25,110 bases of DNA from Candidatus Nanopusillus sp. (lineage in GTDB: Archaea > Nanobdellota > Nanobdellia > Nanobdellales > Nanobdellaceae), in NCBI GenBank assembly GCA_028276785.1, contig JAPYVP010000007.1, positions 1 to 25,110 on the forward strand, read 5' to 3'. The translations under genes were made by a program, and so were the position numbers. Positions 24,074 to 25,110 of this stretch are shown here, piece by piece (the stretch's first letter is position 1; every line of letters starts with the position of its first letter). The notes beneath the pieces were generated by a model, which made no database searches, had not been told where the DNA came from, and worked only from the letters and a program-made list of their open reading frames with translations.

Positions 24074-25018
24074 TTATTTCAATCTGTCAATAAATATTTT
24101 TATAATATCTTTAGAATTTAATATTCCCAAAGTTCCCTTTACACATTTTCTTTCTGAGAAATTTTTTACAAATCCATATCTTGAATATTTTGAATATATC
24201 ATAACTGGTACTGGATCTGAAATATGCCTTCCTTTAATTGACGAAGTAGAATGATCTCCTGTAATTAATATTACATCAAAATATTCTTTTATCCTTTTTA
24301 CTAAATATTCATCAATTTCTTCAATTATTTTTTTCTTTCTAAATGGGTTTTTTAAGTGTGATAAAATATCTGGAGCTCTTATATGAATAAATATTATATC
24401 ATATTTATTTCTATTTGCTATTGCATATTCTGAAAATGAAAATAAATTTTCATTACTCTTTCCAGTAGTTCCTAAAGGTTTTTCATGAACAATTTTCAAA
24501 TATTTTGCTATGGATAAATGAATGGGACTTGAAGATAAATATAATGCTCTTACTTTATATTTATTTTCGAATAAATCTTTTTTATTTAAACCTTTATATA
24601 TAGTTTTATTTTTTATCTTATATTTCTTTAATTTTTCAATTATTTCATTATCATAATTATCAAAAATCAAAATATAATCATCATCTTTATATTTTATTGT
24701 ATCATATTCTCCTTCTATTTTTGGTTCTTCTTTTGATTTTATTTCAATTAAAAACTGATTTTCTTTCAATTCTTTATATATTAATGCTTTAAATATTATT
24801 TCATTATATTTAAAATCATAACCCAATAAAGATAAATTTGATTCAATACATCTTGGGACATGTCCTCTTTCTTTTGTATATAATAATCCACATTCAGAAT
24901 ATCTTACCAATTTATCAATATTTGGTTTTTCAGCATCTTCTAGAGGTGTTTTATATCTTAACTCCTTAATTAAATTATCGCCCAATCCATCTAATATAAT
25001 AAATATCCCCTTATCCAT
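24074..25018 (-). CDS. apgM: metalloenzyme-superfamily phosphoglycerate mutase, archaeal cofactor-independent (ApgM)-like, shortened
   Basis: N-terminal IFIILDGLGD...KTPLEDAEKPNIDKLV and C-terminal ILITGDHSTSSIKGRHISDPVPVMIYS match ApgM metal-binding motifs. It is 314 aa versus the ~400 aa typical. Its stop abuts the uS3 stop with no spacer. Confidence 0.62.
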   Translation of the reverse strand: MDKGIFIILDGLGDNLIKELRYKTPLEDAEKPNIDKLVRYSECGLLYTKERGHVPRCIESNLSLLGYDFKYNEIIFKALIYKELKENQFLIEIKSKEEPKIEGEYDTIKYKDDDYILIFDNYDNEIIEKLKKYKIKNKTIYKGLNKKDLFENKYKVRALYLSSSPIHLSIAKYLKIVHEKPLGTTGKSNENLFSFSEYAIANRNKYDIIFIHIRAPDILSHLKNPFRKKKIIEEIDEYLVKRIKEYFDVILITGDHSTSSIKGRHISDPVPVMIYSKYSRYGFVKNFSERKCVKGTLGILNSKDIIKIFIDRLK

Positions 25019-25057
25019 ATTATTTAAATTATTAAAATTTCTAAATATAATTATTAA

Positions 25058-25110
25058 GCGGCGGTGCCCGAGCGGACAAAGGGGCTGGGCTCAAGACCCA
25101 GTGGAGTAGA
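25058..25110 (+). tRNA. tRNA-Leu (anticodon CAA), 5' part; truncated by the window end
   Basis: GCGGCGGUGCCCGAGCGGACAAAGGGGCUGGGCUCAAGACCCAGUGGAGUAGA. The acceptor 5' strand and a class II-type D arm are present. The anticodon stem is CUGGG/CCCAG with loop CUCAAGA, and the start of a long variable arm follows. Confidence 0.85.

Noticed and set aside
1-25110. Searched by eye for CRISPR-like direct repeats, transposase/integrase genes, tRNA introns and split tRNA halves.
   Set aside because: No regularly spaced repeats and no recombinase-like ORFs were found. Both tRNAs read as continuous cloverleaf sequence, although tRNA-Leu is only partly within the window.

Overview
This is an extremely AT-rich, tightly packed archaeal chromosome segment with short or negative intergenic distances and many ATGA/TAATG start-stop overlaps. 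The only GC-rich islands are stable-RNA genes. They are a stand-alone 23S rRNA (minus strand, ~4651-7566) bracketed by a 19-bp perfect processing stem, tRNA-Glu(CUC), the 5' part of tRNA-Leu(CAA), and a ~233-nt highly structured RNA (9388-9620). I read that RNA as a candidate minimal RNase P RNA; its family and strand are not settled. Protein genes are mostly housekeeping. Ribosomal proteins uS19, uL16(L10e), uL30, uS5, eL37 (missing from the ORF track), uL15, eL19, uL22 and uS3 are scattered as small fragments of the canonical clusters. Also present are ProRS (with an ~82-aa low-complexity insertion), HisRS, and an archaellum/type IV pilus motor set: a FlaI-like ATPase divergent from a FlaJ-like platform encoded as two overlapping genes. 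A three-gene operon of pilin-like proteins lies 17 kb away. Other genes are a MinD/ParA-like ATPase, a 91-aa N-terminal fragment of diphthamide synthase Dph2 (split gene or relic), a HAD hydrolase, a MoxR-like AAA+ ATPase with a VWA partner, a GT2 glycosyltransferase, and a short ApgM-like phosphoglycerate mutase. An AT-rich genome with GC-rich RNAs, an unlinked rRNA gene, scrambled ribosomal operons and fragmented genes matches what is known for Nanoarchaeota-type reduced hyperthermophilic symbionts. That assignment is an inference and was not verified by any search. No CRISPR array, transposase or integrase was seen.
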